From Synergistales bacterium (GTDB taxonomy: Bacteria > Synergistota > Synergistia > Synergistales > JAFGMB01), in contig OY762654.1 in the NCBI GenBank assembly GCA_963666205.1, forward strand, positions 416,001 through 480,000: a stretch of 64,000 nt of DNA, given 5' to 3'. A model generated the notes under the pieces. The model was not told where the DNA came from and searched no databases. It was given only the letters and a program-made list of their open reading frames with translations. Made by a program: the position numbers and the translations under genes. Shown here piece by piece: positions 1-12,319 of this stretch. Position 1 is the stretch's first letter; every line of letters begins with the position of its first letter.

Positions 1-495
<495 letters not shown>

Positions 496-771
496 TTACC
501 AGGGCCGTTCTTCCGGATTAACTCTTTTTTCTTCAATCAATCTGTATGGAACTGCATCTCTTCTTTTAAGAAGAACATCATCCGCTGTTAAAGCTTCTAT
601 GGCAATGACTCGGCAAGTGTATGCAACCTCTACGATGTCACCTTCTTTAACAATACTTGAAGGCTTTACCTGCCGTTTATTAATTCTCACTGCTCCTACT
701 GATATCATTTCCTGGGCTACCGACCTTCTTTTGACTAGTCTGGCAAGCTTAAGGAATTTATCTATTCTCAT
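496..771 (-). CDS. RNA-binding S4-domain protein (YabO/RqcP/Hsp15-like)
   Basis: MRIDKFLKLARLVKRRSVAQEM...GAVRIN...VKPSS.VKEGD is an S4 signature; GGAGG RBS before ATG 771. Confidence 0.85.
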   Translation of the reverse strand: MRIDKFLKLARLVKRRSVAQEMISVGAVRINKRQVKPSSIVKEGDIVEVAYTCRVIAIEALTADDVLLKRRDAVPYRLIEEKRVNPEERPW

Positions 772-846
772 CTTTGTGCCTCCATACACAAGCAACAGAG
801 AGAGTATATCAAATTAACTTCCTTCTTTTCAACAAAGGGATGGATG

Positions 847-2568
847 CTAAAAAACAACATCTTTAAGCTCGGATGAAAGTTCTGAATACTCTTTTAATTC
901 CTCTCCTGACGCTTCCATTCTTATAAGTTTTCCTTTAAGTATCCTGTACCGGGATATCTTCTTTTTTTTCTCAAGGGAATCAATTATTACACTGCATAGA
1001 TTTTCTGTTTCAGGAAACTGTTCAAGATAAGACCCACCCTTTGCAATAACCTGCTGGGCGAATTTCTCTCCAAGAAGTAGCCAGCGTTTTTCAAGGTCAA
1101 CCGGATCCTCACCGGAGATGAGAGCTGATGTGATGGTCTGCATCCTCTCATCTTCGAACAGAGTGATAATATTGTGTGATGTTGTCGTTTTCCTTATATC
1201 CGCATTATTCCACAAGAGAGTAAAGAGAGCAGCCTGGAGAGGTTCAATATCATTTGCAGCAGGATTATCTGTTTGTTCTTCAATCCTGTCTCTTCCCACT
1301 TCCGAAGATTTTCTTTCATCCTGTTTTCTTAAAGAATGGAGTCGATCCTGGAGTATATGCGGAAGGATACCTAATTCACGTGAAATATGATTGAGGTACT
1401 GCGAAACTGTTTCAAGAGGAAGTTGCGATATCTTGACCAGAAATTCATCAGTTGATCTCCGGGAACCGGCCATGCCTCCATTTCGCCCCATATAGAGATG
1501 ATAAAGGACTAAAGGTTTTGCCTTTACAATCATCTCTTCAAATAGATCCCTGCCCTGAGGGAGGGAAAGCAGGTCATCCGGATCTTTACCCTGGGGAATC
1601 TGGACAATTAAGACATCAAGTCCCAGTTTCTGAAGAATGTACATACCTCGAAGAGTGGCTTCCTGTCCAGCTGCATCAGAGTCATAACATATATAACATT
1701 TATCGGCAAGCCTCTTAAGCAGAGATGCCTGTTCTTCGGTAAGAGAAGTACCAAGGGTCGCGACTGTTTCCGGATAACCGGAAACATGAAGTCTTATGGC
1801 ATCCATGTATCCCTCTACCAGGATTGCTCTACCTTTTTCACGGATAGATCGTTTTGCCTTGTTCAAAAGATATAGATTCTGCCTCTTGCTATAGAGACTA
1901 CCTTCAGGGCTATTAATATATTTTGCTCCATCACCATCAACAAGTCTTCCACCAAAAGCGATCAACTTGCCCACAATATCCCTGATAGGGAAGATCAGTC
2001 TACCTCTGAACCTATCGTATGGTCCGTGCTTGCCATCAAGGACAAGACCACATTCAACAGCATCCTTAAAGGATATCTGATGATCTTTCAGCCAGGTCCA
2101 TAATGAATCCCAGCTTGCTGAGGCCCATCCGATTTCAAAAGCCGAGGTGAGGTCCATCGAAACCGACCTTTTCTGCAAATATTTACGGGCAATTTCTCCT
2201 CTATCAGAATGGAGGGAATTTTGATAGAACTGACAGGCAAGTTCCATAACATCGTAAAGATTTTTACCTCTGGCTTCTGTTCTTTTCTCAGCGATATCGA
2301 TTCCTGCCCTTTTTCCAAGTAATTCCAGAGCCTCGCGAAAATCGATATTCTCTGCTTCCATTATAAAACTGAAAAGATCACCTCCATTTCCACATCCAAA
2401 ACAATGATAGGTCTGTCTTTCCGGAGAAACATAGAATGAAGGGGTTTTTTCGCTGTGAAAGGGACAAAGTCCTCTGAAGTTCTTTCCGACTTTCCGAAGA
2501 CGGACATAGTCACCGATAATTTCTACAATATCGAGTTTTTCTTTTATATCCTGGACGTGATCAATCAT
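847..2568 (-). CDS. dnaG: DNA primase
   Basis: Zn ribbon CPFHSEKTPSF...YHCFGC, DRFRGRLIFPI, KYINSPE, TOPRIM VEGYMD and YDSDAAG. Confidence 0.97.
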   Translation of the reverse strand: MIDHVQDIKEKLDIVEIIGDYVRLRKVGKNFRGLCPFHSEKTPSFYVSPERQTYHCFGCGNGGDLFSFIMEAENIDFREALELLGKRAGIDIAEKRTEARGKNLYDVMELACQFYQNSLHSDRGEIARKYLQKRSVSMDLTSAFEIGWASASWDSLWTWLKDHQISFKDAVECGLVLDGKHGPYDRFRGRLIFPIRDIVGKLIAFGGRLVDGDGAKYINSPEGSLYSKRQNLYLLNKAKRSIREKGRAILVEGYMDAIRLHVSGYPETVATLGTSLTEEQASLLKRLADKCYICYDSDAAGQEATLRGMYILQKLGLDVLIVQIPQGKDPDDLLSLPQGRDLFEEMIVKAKPLVLYHLYMGRNGGMAGSRRSTDEFLVKISQLPLETVSQYLNHISRELGILPHILQDRLHSLRKQDERKSSEVGRDRIEEQTDNPAANDIEPLQAALFTLLWNNADIRKTTTSHNIITLFEDERMQTITSALISGEDPVDLEKRWLLLGEKFAQQVIAKGGSYLEQFPETENLCSVIIDSLEKKKKISRYRILKGKLIRMEASGEELKEYSELSSELKDVVF

Positions 2569-2593
2569 TACCAGGTACACCTCCGAACAGAAT

Positions 2594-2622
2594 AGGGGGA
2601 AGAGTATATACTCTCCCCCCCT
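2594..2622 (-). terminator. Strong GC hairpin between hppA and dnaG
   Basis: GGGGGAAGAG-TATATA-CTCTCCCCCC near-perfect inverted repeat, followed on the minus strand by TATTCTGTT. Confidence 0.6.
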
Positions 2623-2684
2623 TTAATCTTAGCATTTATGCTAACGAGTCAACTCAGACGTTCAGAAGTAGAATCCTGAAAAGA

Positions 2685-4646
2685 TCAGATAAACAGGGGA
2701 GCAAGAACCACTGCAACTACAGACATCAATTTGATCAGGATGTTAAGACTTGGACCTGAAGTATCCTTGAAGGGGTCTCCTACTGTATCTCCTACAACTG
2801 CTGCAGCATGATTTTCAGTTCCCTTACCCCCATAATGACCTTCCTCTATGTATTTTTTTGCATTATCCCACGCACCACCAGCGTTAGACATAAATATTGC
2901 CATCATAACACCAGTGACTATCGAACCGCCAAGAAGTCCTCCAAGAGCTTCAGGACCCAAAATAAATCCTACAGCAACTGGAGTCACTACAGCGAGGAGA
3001 CCCGGAACGACCATTTCCTTAAGAGCCGAAGATGTAGAGATCTCAATGCATTTTTCATATTCAGGACGAGCTTTCCCTTCCATTATCCCTGGAATATCCC
3101 TGAACTGTCTTCTAACTTCATCGATCATTGACTGTGCAGCGCGCCCTACAGCTTGTATGGTAAGTGCACTGAACAGGAAGGGAAGCATGCCTCCCAGGAA
3201 AAGACCAACCATGACTTTGGGGTCTTTAAGGTCGATGGAATCCAGCTGGACGGCATGTGCATATGCAGCAAACAGAGCAAGGGCAGTGAGAGCGGCAGAA
3301 CCGATGGCAAGTCCCTTGCCCATAGCAGCAGTAGTATTACCTACAGCATCAAGCTTATCAGTAATCTTTCTTACTTCAGGTGGAAGATGGCTCATTTCTG
3401 CTATTCCACCTGCGTTATCAGCTATGGGACCGTAGGCATCAACGCTGAGGCTCATTCCTGTAATTGAAAGCATTCCTACAGCAGCGCATGCAATTCCGTA
3501 TAGGCCTCCAAACCGATAGCCTACAAGTGTGGCGATACAGATGAGAATAACGGGAATAACGGTAGACTTCATACCCACTGCTATGCCGGAAAGGATAGTA
3601 GTTGCATATCCAGTCTGAGTAGAAGCCGCTATCTGCTGTACAGATTTGAAATCGGAAGAAGTGTATACCTCAGTCACAAAACCGATCAGAACTCCTACTG
3701 CTACTCCAGAAAGGACAGACCAGAAAAGAGTTATTTCTCCGAACATCCCCTTGGTTATAAAGAAGGCTCCAACCATCATAAGCCCACCCGTGACAAAAGT
3801 TCCGATCCTCAGGGCTACCTGGGCATTACCGCCTTCTTTTACCTTGACAAAGAAAGTTCCAATTATCGCAGCTACAATACCTACAGAAGCAAGCATGAGA
3901 GGGTAGGCCACACCCCGACCGCCGAATATTGCAAGTCCTATAGCCATAGCAGCTATTATAGAGTTGACATAAGATTCGAAAAGGTCTGCACCCATTCCAG
4001 CAATATCCCCAACATTATCCCCAACATTATCAGCAATGGTAGCCGGGTTACGGGGATCATCTTCGGGAATCCCTGCCTCAACTTTGCCGACAAGGTCAGC
4101 TCCGACATCTGCAGCTTTCGTATAAATACCGCCACCTACACGTGCAAAAAGGGCAATTGAGCTTGCACCAAAACCGAATCCTGTAATAACGTTAGGATCT
4201 TTAAAGAAAACATAACAGAGTAATATGCCCAGGACGCCAAGGCCGACTACGGACATTCCCATGACACTCCCACCACCAAAAGCAACGGTGAGAGCCTCAT
4301 TTACACCTTTCGTCGCAGCAAAGGCTGTTTTTCCATTTGCTCTGGTTGCGACCTTCATTCCATAGAAACCAGCCAGACCACTGCAAAGAGCTCCAAGAAC
4401 AAAGCATACTGCCGTTGCAAAACCTATCTTGATTCCTAAAAGAGTGGCTACAAGAATGACAAACGGTGCCAGCCATTTATACTCCCTTGATAGAAAAGCC
4501 ATTGCGCCCTTATGGATGATCTCGGAAAGTTCATTAACTCTTTCATTTTCAACCACAAAAGCATTGATCTTGTTGAACGAAGTCCCGGCAAAAACCAGAG
4601 CAATGACACCTGCTCCTCCGACTACAAATAACGTTAGAAGACCCAT
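2685..4646 (-). CDS. hppA: Membrane-bound pyrophosphatase, K+-dependent, probably Na+-translocating
   Basis: [54 protein letters not shown] (Ala = K+-dependent), [14 protein letters not shown]. Confidence 0.95.
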   Translation of the reverse strand: MGLLTLFVVGGAGVIALVFAGTSFNKINAFVVENERVNELSEIIHKGAMAFLSREYKWLAPFVILVATLLGIKIGFATAVCFVLGALCSGLAGFYGMKVATRANGKTAFAATKGVNEALTVAFGGGSVMGMSVVGLGVLGILLCYVFFKDPNVITGFGFGASSIALFARVGGGIYTKAADVGADLVGKVEAGIPEDDPRNPATIADNVGDNVGDIAGMGADLFESYVNSIIAAMAIGLAIFGGRGVAYPLMLASVGIVAAIIGTFFVKVKEGGNAQVALRIGTFVTGGLMMVGAFFITKGMFGEITLFWSVLSGVAVGVLIGFVTEVYTSSDFKSVQQIAASTQTGYATTILSGIAVGMKSTVIPVILICIATLVGYRFGGLYGIACAAVGMLSITGMSLSVDAYGPIADNAGGIAEMSHLPPEVRKITDKLDAVGNTTAAMGKGLAIGSAALTALALFAAYAHAVQLDSIDLKDPKVMVGLFLGGMLPFLFSALTIQAVGRAAQSMIDEVRRQFRDIPGIMEGKARPEYEKCIEISTSSALKEMVVPGLLAVVTPVAVGFILGPEALGGLLGGSIVTGVMMAIFMSNAGGAWDNAKKYIEEGHYGGKGTENHAAAVVGDTVGDPFKDTSGPSLNILIKLMSVVAVVLAPLFI

Positions 4647-4732
4647 AAAAAGTACCTCCCTTTAATCTAGAACAATACATAAAAACATCAATAGCTCGCC
4701 ATAATGGCGAGCAAGCTGACAAAGCGGAAATA

Positions 4733-4761
4733 ATTATAGACAGCAAAAGAAATAAATACAA
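4733..4761 (-). promoter_or_regulatory. Putative sigma70 promoter of hppA
   Basis: TTGTAT-N17-TATAAT on the minus strand. Confidence 0.55.
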
Positions 4762-4832
4762 GTTTTTTTACCACTAAAAATCAGTTTCCTGTCATTTCCG
4801 AAAAGGAAAGTTCAAGATAAGCTGAGAAAGAT

Positions 4833-5468
4833 CTAGTGATTTTTTTTACTTTTGATAAAGAGAGCAATACCAGAATCAAAGGAAGAAACTCCATGAAGGG
4901 CACTTAACATGCCTCTCAGTCCTCTTGCCAGAAAGTCCGATACAAATTCTTTTACTGGAATTCGTTTATTTCCGATATAGAGTTCGATCCTGTTTCCTTC
5001 AGACCTCTTCCAGAATCTATATATGTAAGAAGCGACCGCATCTTCCTCTCCCGGCTGAAAGGTAAGAAAATTTTCATCGGGGCTGGAACAATAGCAAGCA
5101 AGGACTCCGGGTGTATCGGGAGGAATATCAGAAGGTGAACCTACCCATATTTTCGGACATCCCATATTCTTACCCCCCTCCATGATCACGACATCTTTAC
5201 CCTTAAAAGCTAGAGAGAGTGCTGTTTTTCTGTCAAGATCTTTTTCTCCAAATTCCATAACGAGACCATCAGATCCCCATAGTCCTGTAGAAAGACATAA
5301 ATCTGATCTTTTCCCAGTATCAGTATTGTCTGGAGATAACACTTTTTCATGGGTATGTTTCAGATAGGCTACCTCCAGCCCCTTTTCTTTAAGGAGGGAA
5401 AGTATCTTCCAGCACAGAGTAGTTTTCCCGGAATTCTTGAAACCCGCAATAGAAAAAAGCAATGGCAT
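4833..5468 (-). CDS. mobB: Molybdopterin-guanine dinucleotide biosynthesis protein B
   Basis: FSIAGFKNSGKTTL Walker A, YLKHTH, D..K.TGK, VVIMEGGK; C-terminal 'FVSDFL...LRGMLSALHG' extension. RBS supports ATG 5468. Confidence 0.8.
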   Translation of the reverse strand: MPLLFSIAGFKNSGKTTLCWKILSLLKEKGLEVAYLKHTHEKVLSPDNTDTGKRSDLCLSTGLWGSDGLVMEFGEKDLDRKTALSLAFKGKDVVIMEGGKNMGCPKIWVGSPSDIPPDTPGVLACYCSSPDENFLTFQPGEEDAVASYIYRFWKRSEGNRIELYIGNKRIPVKEFVSDFLARGLRGMLSALHGVSSFDSGIALFIKSKKNH

Positions 5469-5513
5469 ACCTGTTCCTCCTGAAGGGAAGTATATGTTGG
5501 ACACACTGCAAGA

Positions 5514-6608
5514 TCATTCACTTCTAAAACGCATTTTCCACTCTTTTCGATAAGTATCCAGCATAAATACAAAAAGAGAAATTACAAGAGGTCCAAGAAA
5601 GATCCCTATAAACCCCCAGGTAGTTAATCCCCCAAATACTCCGATAAATATTATCAGAATATGGATCTTACTACCTTCGGAGATAAAAAGAGGCCTTAGA
5701 AAATTATCGATGAGACTAACAACGAGAAGTCCCCATATGAACAGGACCAGTGCATTTTTCCATTGCCCCAGATATAGTAGATAAAGTGCTCCTGGAATCC
5801 AGACAAGAGGAGTACCTATTATGGGGAACATGGCCAGGATAGCCATAAGGGCTCCGAATAAAAGAGGGGTTGGCAACCCGACATACCACCACCCAAAACC
5901 CCCGAGGATACCCTGAATTATTGCAGTGAGGGTTATTCCATACAGGACTCCCTGCAAAATCCTTTTTGCCTGACCGAAAAAAGCTTCCTTGTCCTGGCGC
6001 AACAACGGTGTTATATCCCTGACATAACCAAGTATCAGGTGCCCATCTCTTATCATGAAGAACGAAGCTACTGCTATGACTATTAGTTGTAACACTATCC
6101 TGATGGCATTACCCAGAAATCCCCTTGATACCGCAGCTATGGAAGAAGCTGCCCATCTCCCCGTCTGACCGAAGATCGTTCCCAGAAATTCAAATTCCTT
6201 GAAAAGCGGACTAAACCTCTCTGCAAGGGCAGGAGGCAGGATCATCGTAAGTGGATGTACAGTAGTGCCATCTATTCCTTTAAGAAAATCAGCAATATTC
6301 CCGTAGAGGCGGATACCCTCTCTAGCCATTACAAAACCAACCATTACGGTTGGAAGAACGATTATGAGTATGACAAAGGCAGTCATAAGAACTGCAGTAA
6401 GATTAGGCCATTTTCCCTTAAATACGTGATGATGAAGTGCCTGGTAAAGGGGATAGACCAGGAAGGAAAGAAGAGCCGACCATGCAAGGGGCCTTAAAAG
6501 GCTAAAACTGATAAGATAAGAAAGGCCTGCCAGAAAAAACAGCACAAGAATAAAGGGTAAAAACCAACCTCTTACTTTTCTGAACGTCAACCCGTACTCT
6601 GAGTCCAC
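5514..6608 (-). CDS. AI-2E family transporter (PerM/YdiK-like)
   Basis: Multi-TM protein with FPIIGTPLVWIP, DNFLRP, IHILIIFIGVFGG..WGFIGIFLGP. Confidence 0.88.
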   Translation of the reverse strand: MDSEYGLTFRKVRGWFLPFILVLFFLAGLSYLISFSLLRPLAWSALLSFLVYPLYQALHHHVFKGKWPNLTAVLMTAFVILIIVLPTVMVGFVMAREGIRLYGNIADFLKGIDGTTVHPLTMILPPALAERFSPLFKEFEFLGTIFGQTGRWAASSIAAVSRGFLGNAIRIVLQLIVIAVASFFMIRDGHLILGYVRDITPLLRQDKEAFFGQAKRILQGVLYGITLTAIIQGILGGFGWWYVGLPTPLLFGALMAILAMFPIIGTPLVWIPGALYLLYLGQWKNALVLFIWGLLVVSLIDNFLRPLFISEGSKIHILIIFIGVFGGLTTWGFIGIFLGPLVISLFVFMLDTYRKEWKMRFRSE

Positions 6609-6742
6609 CTTATTCCCCCCTTGTTACAACAAGCTTGGATCATTCATATTCAGTCTAAAAGATCTGGTCTCCAGGCAAACAACCTCAGCCAACCCATATT
6701 TCAGTATATATCATTTTGTTATTTTTCTCACAGCATGTCCTC

Positions 6743-6768
6743 AAAAAAGGGTGCCTTCAAGGCACCCC
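6743..6768 (-). terminator. Intrinsic terminator after guaA
   Basis: GGGTGCCTT-C-AAGGCACCC stem with a 6-U tail on the minus strand. Confidence 0.75.
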
Positions 6769-6784
6769 AGGAAGTACACGGTTG

Positions 6785-8317
6785 TTATTCCCATTCTATA
6801 GTAGATGGCGGCTTGCTTGTAACATCCATCACAACACGGTTAATGCCTCTGACTTCGTTACAGATCCGTCTTGATACCTTATCTATGAGATCATAGGGTA
6901 ACCTGACCCAGTCTGCAGTCATTCCATCCTGGGATTCAACAGCCCTGAGTGCAACAACCTCGGAATAGGTTCTGGCGTCTCCCATTACCCCTACGGTTCT
7001 TACTGGAAGAAGGACGCAGAAAGCCTGCCACATCTTATCATAGAGTCCAGCTCTAAAGATTTCTTCTGTAAAAATCGAATCAGCAGCACGTAAAGTATCA
7101 AGTCTTTCCGTCACTAGTTCACCAAGACACCTTACAGCAAGTCCGGGACCTGGAAATGGATGACGATCAATAATTTCCAAAGGCACATTGAGTAAACGGC
7201 CAATTTCTCTTACCTCATCCTTGAAGAGATCACGGAGGGGTTCCAGAACTTCAAGATCCATGTCTTCCGGCAATCCCCCTACATTATGGTGACTCTTTAT
7301 GACAGCTGCGCCTTTTCCTTTATGTCCGCTCTCGATAACATCTGGATAGAGAGTACCCTGAAGGAGCCATTTTGCCCCCTGGATCTTCTCTGCCTCTTTC
7401 TCGAAAACCCTGACAAACGTCTCTCCGATGATCTTTCTTTTTGATTCAGGATCGGTAACCCCTTTAAGAGATCTCATGAAGATTTCTGAAGCATCTACAT
7501 AATGAACTTTAAGGTTGAGTTTTTTATAGCGTTCCAGTACACCTTCAGATTCCCCTTCACGAAGAAGGCCGTTGTTCACAAAAATACACTCGAGTCTTTC
7601 GCCTACAGCCTTTTGAGTGAGAACAGCAGCAACAGTGGAGTCTACTCCTCCTGAGAGGCCACATATCACATAATCATCCTTTACCTGGTCCTGGATAAGA
7701 ACCACCATTTTCTGGATCCAGTCACCAAGGTTCCAATCCCCCTGGCATCTACATATCTTAAACAGGAAGTTGGCCAGTATATCCATTCCATGTTGAGTAT
7801 GGACAACCTCCGGATGAAATTGCAGACCTGAGAAAAAACCGTCTTCAGTAGCCATGGCTGCTGGAACACCATCAAGGGTGCTGGCCAGAAGATGCATGTC
7901 GGGAGGAATCTGATCAATGTGATCTCCATGACTCATCCACACCTCAAAAGAAGGATTTATCCCTGAAAAGATAGGGGCATTGGAATCAATAATGGAAATA
8001 CCTGTTCTTCCATATTCTCTTTTACAGCCACTTCCAACAACACCGCCCAGAAGTTTCGTCATCAACTGCATTCCATAGCAAAGTCCAAGTATGGGGATCC
8101 CCATTTCAAAAAGCTTATTTGACACAGAGGGTGCCCCCTCTTCCATGACACTCTGAGGACCTCCTGAGATCACAATACCCTTTGGTTTTTTATCTTTAAT
8201 GGTTTCGATAGCCACATCCCACGGCAGAATCTCACTATGGACCTTAAGTTCCCGAACTCTTCTTGCGATAAGCTGCGTATATTGAGAACCGCAGTCAAGA
8301 ATTAAAATATTATCCAT
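6785..8317 (-). CDS. guaA: GMP synthase (glutamine-hydrolysing)
   Basis: GSQYTQLIARRVRE, LGLCYGMQ, QFHPEV, SGGVDS, QGTLYPDVIES, IKSHHNVGGLP, HPFPGPGL, TSKPPSTIEWE. Confidence 0.98.
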   Translation of the reverse strand: MDNILILDCGSQYTQLIARRVRELKVHSEILPWDVAIETIKDKKPKGIVISGGPQSVMEEGAPSVSNKLFEMGIPILGLCYGMQLMTKLLGGVVGSGCKREYGRTGISIIDSNAPIFSGINPSFEVWMSHGDHIDQIPPDMHLLASTLDGVPAAMATEDGFFSGLQFHPEVVHTQHGMDILANFLFKICRCQGDWNLGDWIQKMVVLIQDQVKDDYVICGLSGGVDSTVAAVLTQKAVGERLECIFVNNGLLREGESEGVLERYKKLNLKVHYVDASEIFMRSLKGVTDPESKRKIIGETFVRVFEKEAEKIQGAKWLLQGTLYPDVIESGHKGKGAAVIKSHHNVGGLPEDMDLEVLEPLRDLFKDEVREIGRLLNVPLEIIDRHPFPGPGLAVRCLGELVTERLDTLRAADSIFTEEIFRAGLYDKMWQAFCVLLPVRTVGVMGDARTYSEVVALRAVESQDGMTADWVRLPYDLIDKVSRRICNEVRGINRVVMDVTSKPPSTIEWE

Positions 8318-8407
8318 TCCGGCATTCCTCCGAACAAGATTAAATAACACAATTCGTCAAGTATATCAGACTGGAGGTGATGATTGTAGTTCCATGCATT
8401 TGTTATA

Positions 8408-8444
8408 TAAAAAGGAGCCTTCAACCTGATGGCGAAGGCTCCTT
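8408..8444 (-). terminator. Intrinsic terminator after groEL
   Basis: AAGGAGCCTTC...GAAGGCTCCTT stem plus U-tract. Confidence 0.75.
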
Positions 8445-8489
8445 GGGATACTGAAAGGGATCGTTGAATCAGAAATCCCTGGTTTTAAC

Positions 8490-10154
<1,665 letters not shown>

Positions 10155-10184
10155 TTATACTATTCTTTCAGTTTTGCGGTTAAA

Positions 10185-10475
10185 TTATTTCTCTATTATG
10201 GCAAGGACATCTCGCTCGCTGAAAATAACGAGTTCCTCACCATCGATCTTTACTTCTGTCCCAGCATATTTACTGAATATTATCCTGTCTCCTATCTTTA
10301 CTTCCAGAGGCAGTTTCTGACCATTCTCCAATACCTTGCCGCTACCTACTGCAAGAACTTCTCCCTCCTGTGGCTTTTCTTTTGCTGTGTCCGGGAGAAC
10401 AATACCACCCTTAGTCTTTCCCTCCTGGCTAACAACTTTAACTACTATACGATCACCTAGAGGTTTCAAATTCAT
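10185..10475 (-). CDS. groS: Co-chaperonin GroES
   Basis: [45 protein letters not shown]. Confidence 0.99.
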   Translation of the reverse strand: MNLKPLGDRIVVKVVSQEGKTKGGIVLPDTAKEKPQEGEVLAVGSGKVLENGQKLPLEVKIGDRIIFSKYAGTEVKIDGEELVIFSERDVLAIIEK

Positions 10476-10519
10476 CTAAACATCCCTCCTGTTAAATATA
10501 TAAACACCTGGTTTATTTG

Positions 10520-10546
10520 TTAGCACTCATTGAGGTCGAGTGCTAA
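10520..10546. promoter_or_regulatory. CIRCE element (HrcA operator)
   Basis: Perfect TTAGCACTC-N9-GAGTGCTAA upstream of groES. Confidence 0.97.
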
Positions 10547-10558
10547 GGACCGCAATTG

Positions 10559-10587
10559 ATATTAATTCCATCCAGTCCATATCTCAA
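10559..10587 (-). promoter_or_regulatory. sigma70 promoter of groESL
   Basis: TTGAGA-N17-TAATAT immediately upstream of CIRCE. Confidence 0.7.
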
Positions 10588-10665
10588 GGCTGATTAGAGC
10601 CGACTAGGCCCTAATATATCCCATTCTTAGCTATTAGCTCTGTTTTACCCTTATAATGACATATA

Positions 10666-11685
10666 TCATCTTGATGTGAGCCGCCAGGAAGGATCAGGAG
10701 ACAGGTAAAGATCGGATACAACTCCTCTGTGATAAGCATTATAACCGGCCGCAGCTATCATAACTCCATTATCAGTACAATATGACATGGGTGGTATGAA
10801 TACATCCCATCCTTTTCTGTTTCGAAGATTCTGTCTCAACTCGCTGTTTGCTGCTACCCCTCCAGAGAGGGCTACCTTGTTTATACCTGTTAGATCTACT
10901 GCAATTTCAAGTTTGGATATAAGCGCATCTACAGCAGCTTTCTGGAAGGAAGCGCAAATATCGTACAGGGGTACTTCCATCCCTCTTTCAACCATATCTT
11001 TTACCTGCCAGATAACAGCAGTTTTCAATCCACTGTAGCTGAAGATTATTTCCTTATGATTCTTCATCGGTACGGGAAAAGAAAATGAATCAGGATCTCC
11101 ATCCTTAGACATCCTGTCTATAACAGGCCCTCCAGGATATCCGAGTCCAAGAAGCTTGGCGACCTTGTCATATGCTTCACCGGCAGCATCGTCACGGGTT
11201 TCCCCAAGCAGTATATAGTCACCGTATGAACGTACCATATTGATCTCGGTATGTCCTCCGGAAACAATAAGACAAAGAAAGGGCGGTTCGAGCTGGGGTG
11301 ATCTTATAAGGTTGGCAAAGATGTGCCCTTCCAGATGATTGACACCAATGACAGGTAATTCCCAGGCCTGTGCAAGTGCCTTTGCTGCCATAACTCCGAC
11401 AAGAAGAGATCCCATGAGTCCTGGACCAGCAGTCACAGCAATAAGATCAAGTTCTCTTGCCGGGTTGTTTACACCTGCTTGTTTCAGGGCAGCTTTAACA
11501 AGAGGAAGTATTGCCTCAAGGTGCTTTCTTGAGGCAAACTCAGGGACTACTCCCCCAAAGGGTGCATGGTCCTTGATCTGGCTTGAAAGGAGATCGGCAA
11601 GAACTTCTCTTTGCCCCTGCAGAACAGCAACACCGGTGTCATCGCAACTGGTTTCTATTCCGAGTGTTATAAATTTCTTATTCAT
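10666..11685 (-). CDS. tsaD: tRNA N6-adenosine threonylcarbamoyltransferase TsaD
   Basis: LGIETSCDDT, GGVVPEFASR.H, NHLEGH, VSGGHT, TRDDAAGEAYDK, CTDNG.MIA. Confidence 0.97.
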   Translation of the reverse strand: MNKKFITLGIETSCDDTGVAVLQGQREVLADLLSSQIKDHAPFGGVVPEFASRKHLEAILPLVKAALKQAGVNNPARELDLIAVTAGPGLMGSLLVGVMAAKALAQAWELPVIGVNHLEGHIFANLIRSPQLEPPFLCLIVSGGHTEINMVRSYGDYILLGETRDDAAGEAYDKVAKLLGLGYPGGPVIDRMSKDGDPDSFSFPVPMKNHKEIIFSYSGLKTAVIWQVKDMVERGMEVPLYDICASFQKAAVDALISKLEIAVDLTGINKVALSGGVAANSELRQNLRNRKGWDVFIPPMSYCTDNGVMIAAAGYNAYHRGVVSDLYLSPDPSWRLTSR

Positions 11686-11704
11686 TCAAGATATACCTGC
11701 CTTT

Positions 11705-12319
11705 TTATCTTGGGACTTTCCAGGCCCGGGAAAATTCACCACATGAGAGGAGTAGTTCATGGCCTTTTTCAAGGATATCAAGAGGCACCATTATTGCAAA
11801 AGAACCAATTGCATCGGAGGGTATTTCCCCTTCCAGGCGAAAAGCTTTTCTTGTAATAACATCCTCTTGCTGAAGTGTATAGTCTGCAACAGACAGCATC
11901 TCAGGGTTGAAATTCCAGGACCTGAAGGTCTTGAAACGGACTATAAAGATTCCTTTTTTCTTCTTTAACGCTTTGTCATAGTGCTGAGAGTTCCAGGAGA
12001 ACCATTGGGGAACATCAGGATCTCCTCTTCCCTTGTCGATTATTTTTTTATCAAGATAAACAAAGATCAATTGGGCTCGAGAACCTATTACCATTTCTCC
12101 GAGGGGCTGTCCCTCAATCCATATACTAACAGATCTTTCATCAAGAAGCTCCTGAAAAGATAACGCTTCAACCTGAGTCAAAAGGGGAGAAAAGGAGAAC
12201 ACCCCCAATAAAATCAGCACCAGTAGAAAAATATATTTATACTTTTCTCGAAAAACTCCAGGATTCCGTTTTCTTTCGGCATAACCGTTGTCACTTATTT
12301 TATTCTGGTTTTTCGTCAT
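11705..12319 (-). CDS. Hypothetical membrane-anchored/exported protein
   Basis: 204-aa ORF coupled between murJ and tsaD; one hydrophobic segment near the N-terminus; no recognised motif. Confidence 0.6.
   Translation of the reverse strand: MTKNQNKISDNGYAERKRNPGVFREKYKYIFLLVLILLGVFSFSPLLTQVEALSFQELLDERSVSIWIEGQPLGEMVIGSRAQLIFVYLDKKIIDKGRGDPDVPQWFSWNSQHYDKALKKKKGIFIVRFKTFRSWNFNPEMLSVADYTLQQEDVITRKAFRLEGEIPSDAIGSFAIMVPLDILEKGHELLLSCGEFSRAWKVPR

Noticed and set aside
2629-2644. TTAGCAT-TT-ATGCTAA palindrome resembling CIRCE arms upstream of dnaG
   Set aside because: Arms are incomplete and spacing is far from the 9-nt CIRCE spacer; cannot be called an HrcA site.
8318-8489. Possible purine riboswitch upstream of guaA
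   Set aside because: No purine aptamer core visible; the only structure is the groEL terminator.
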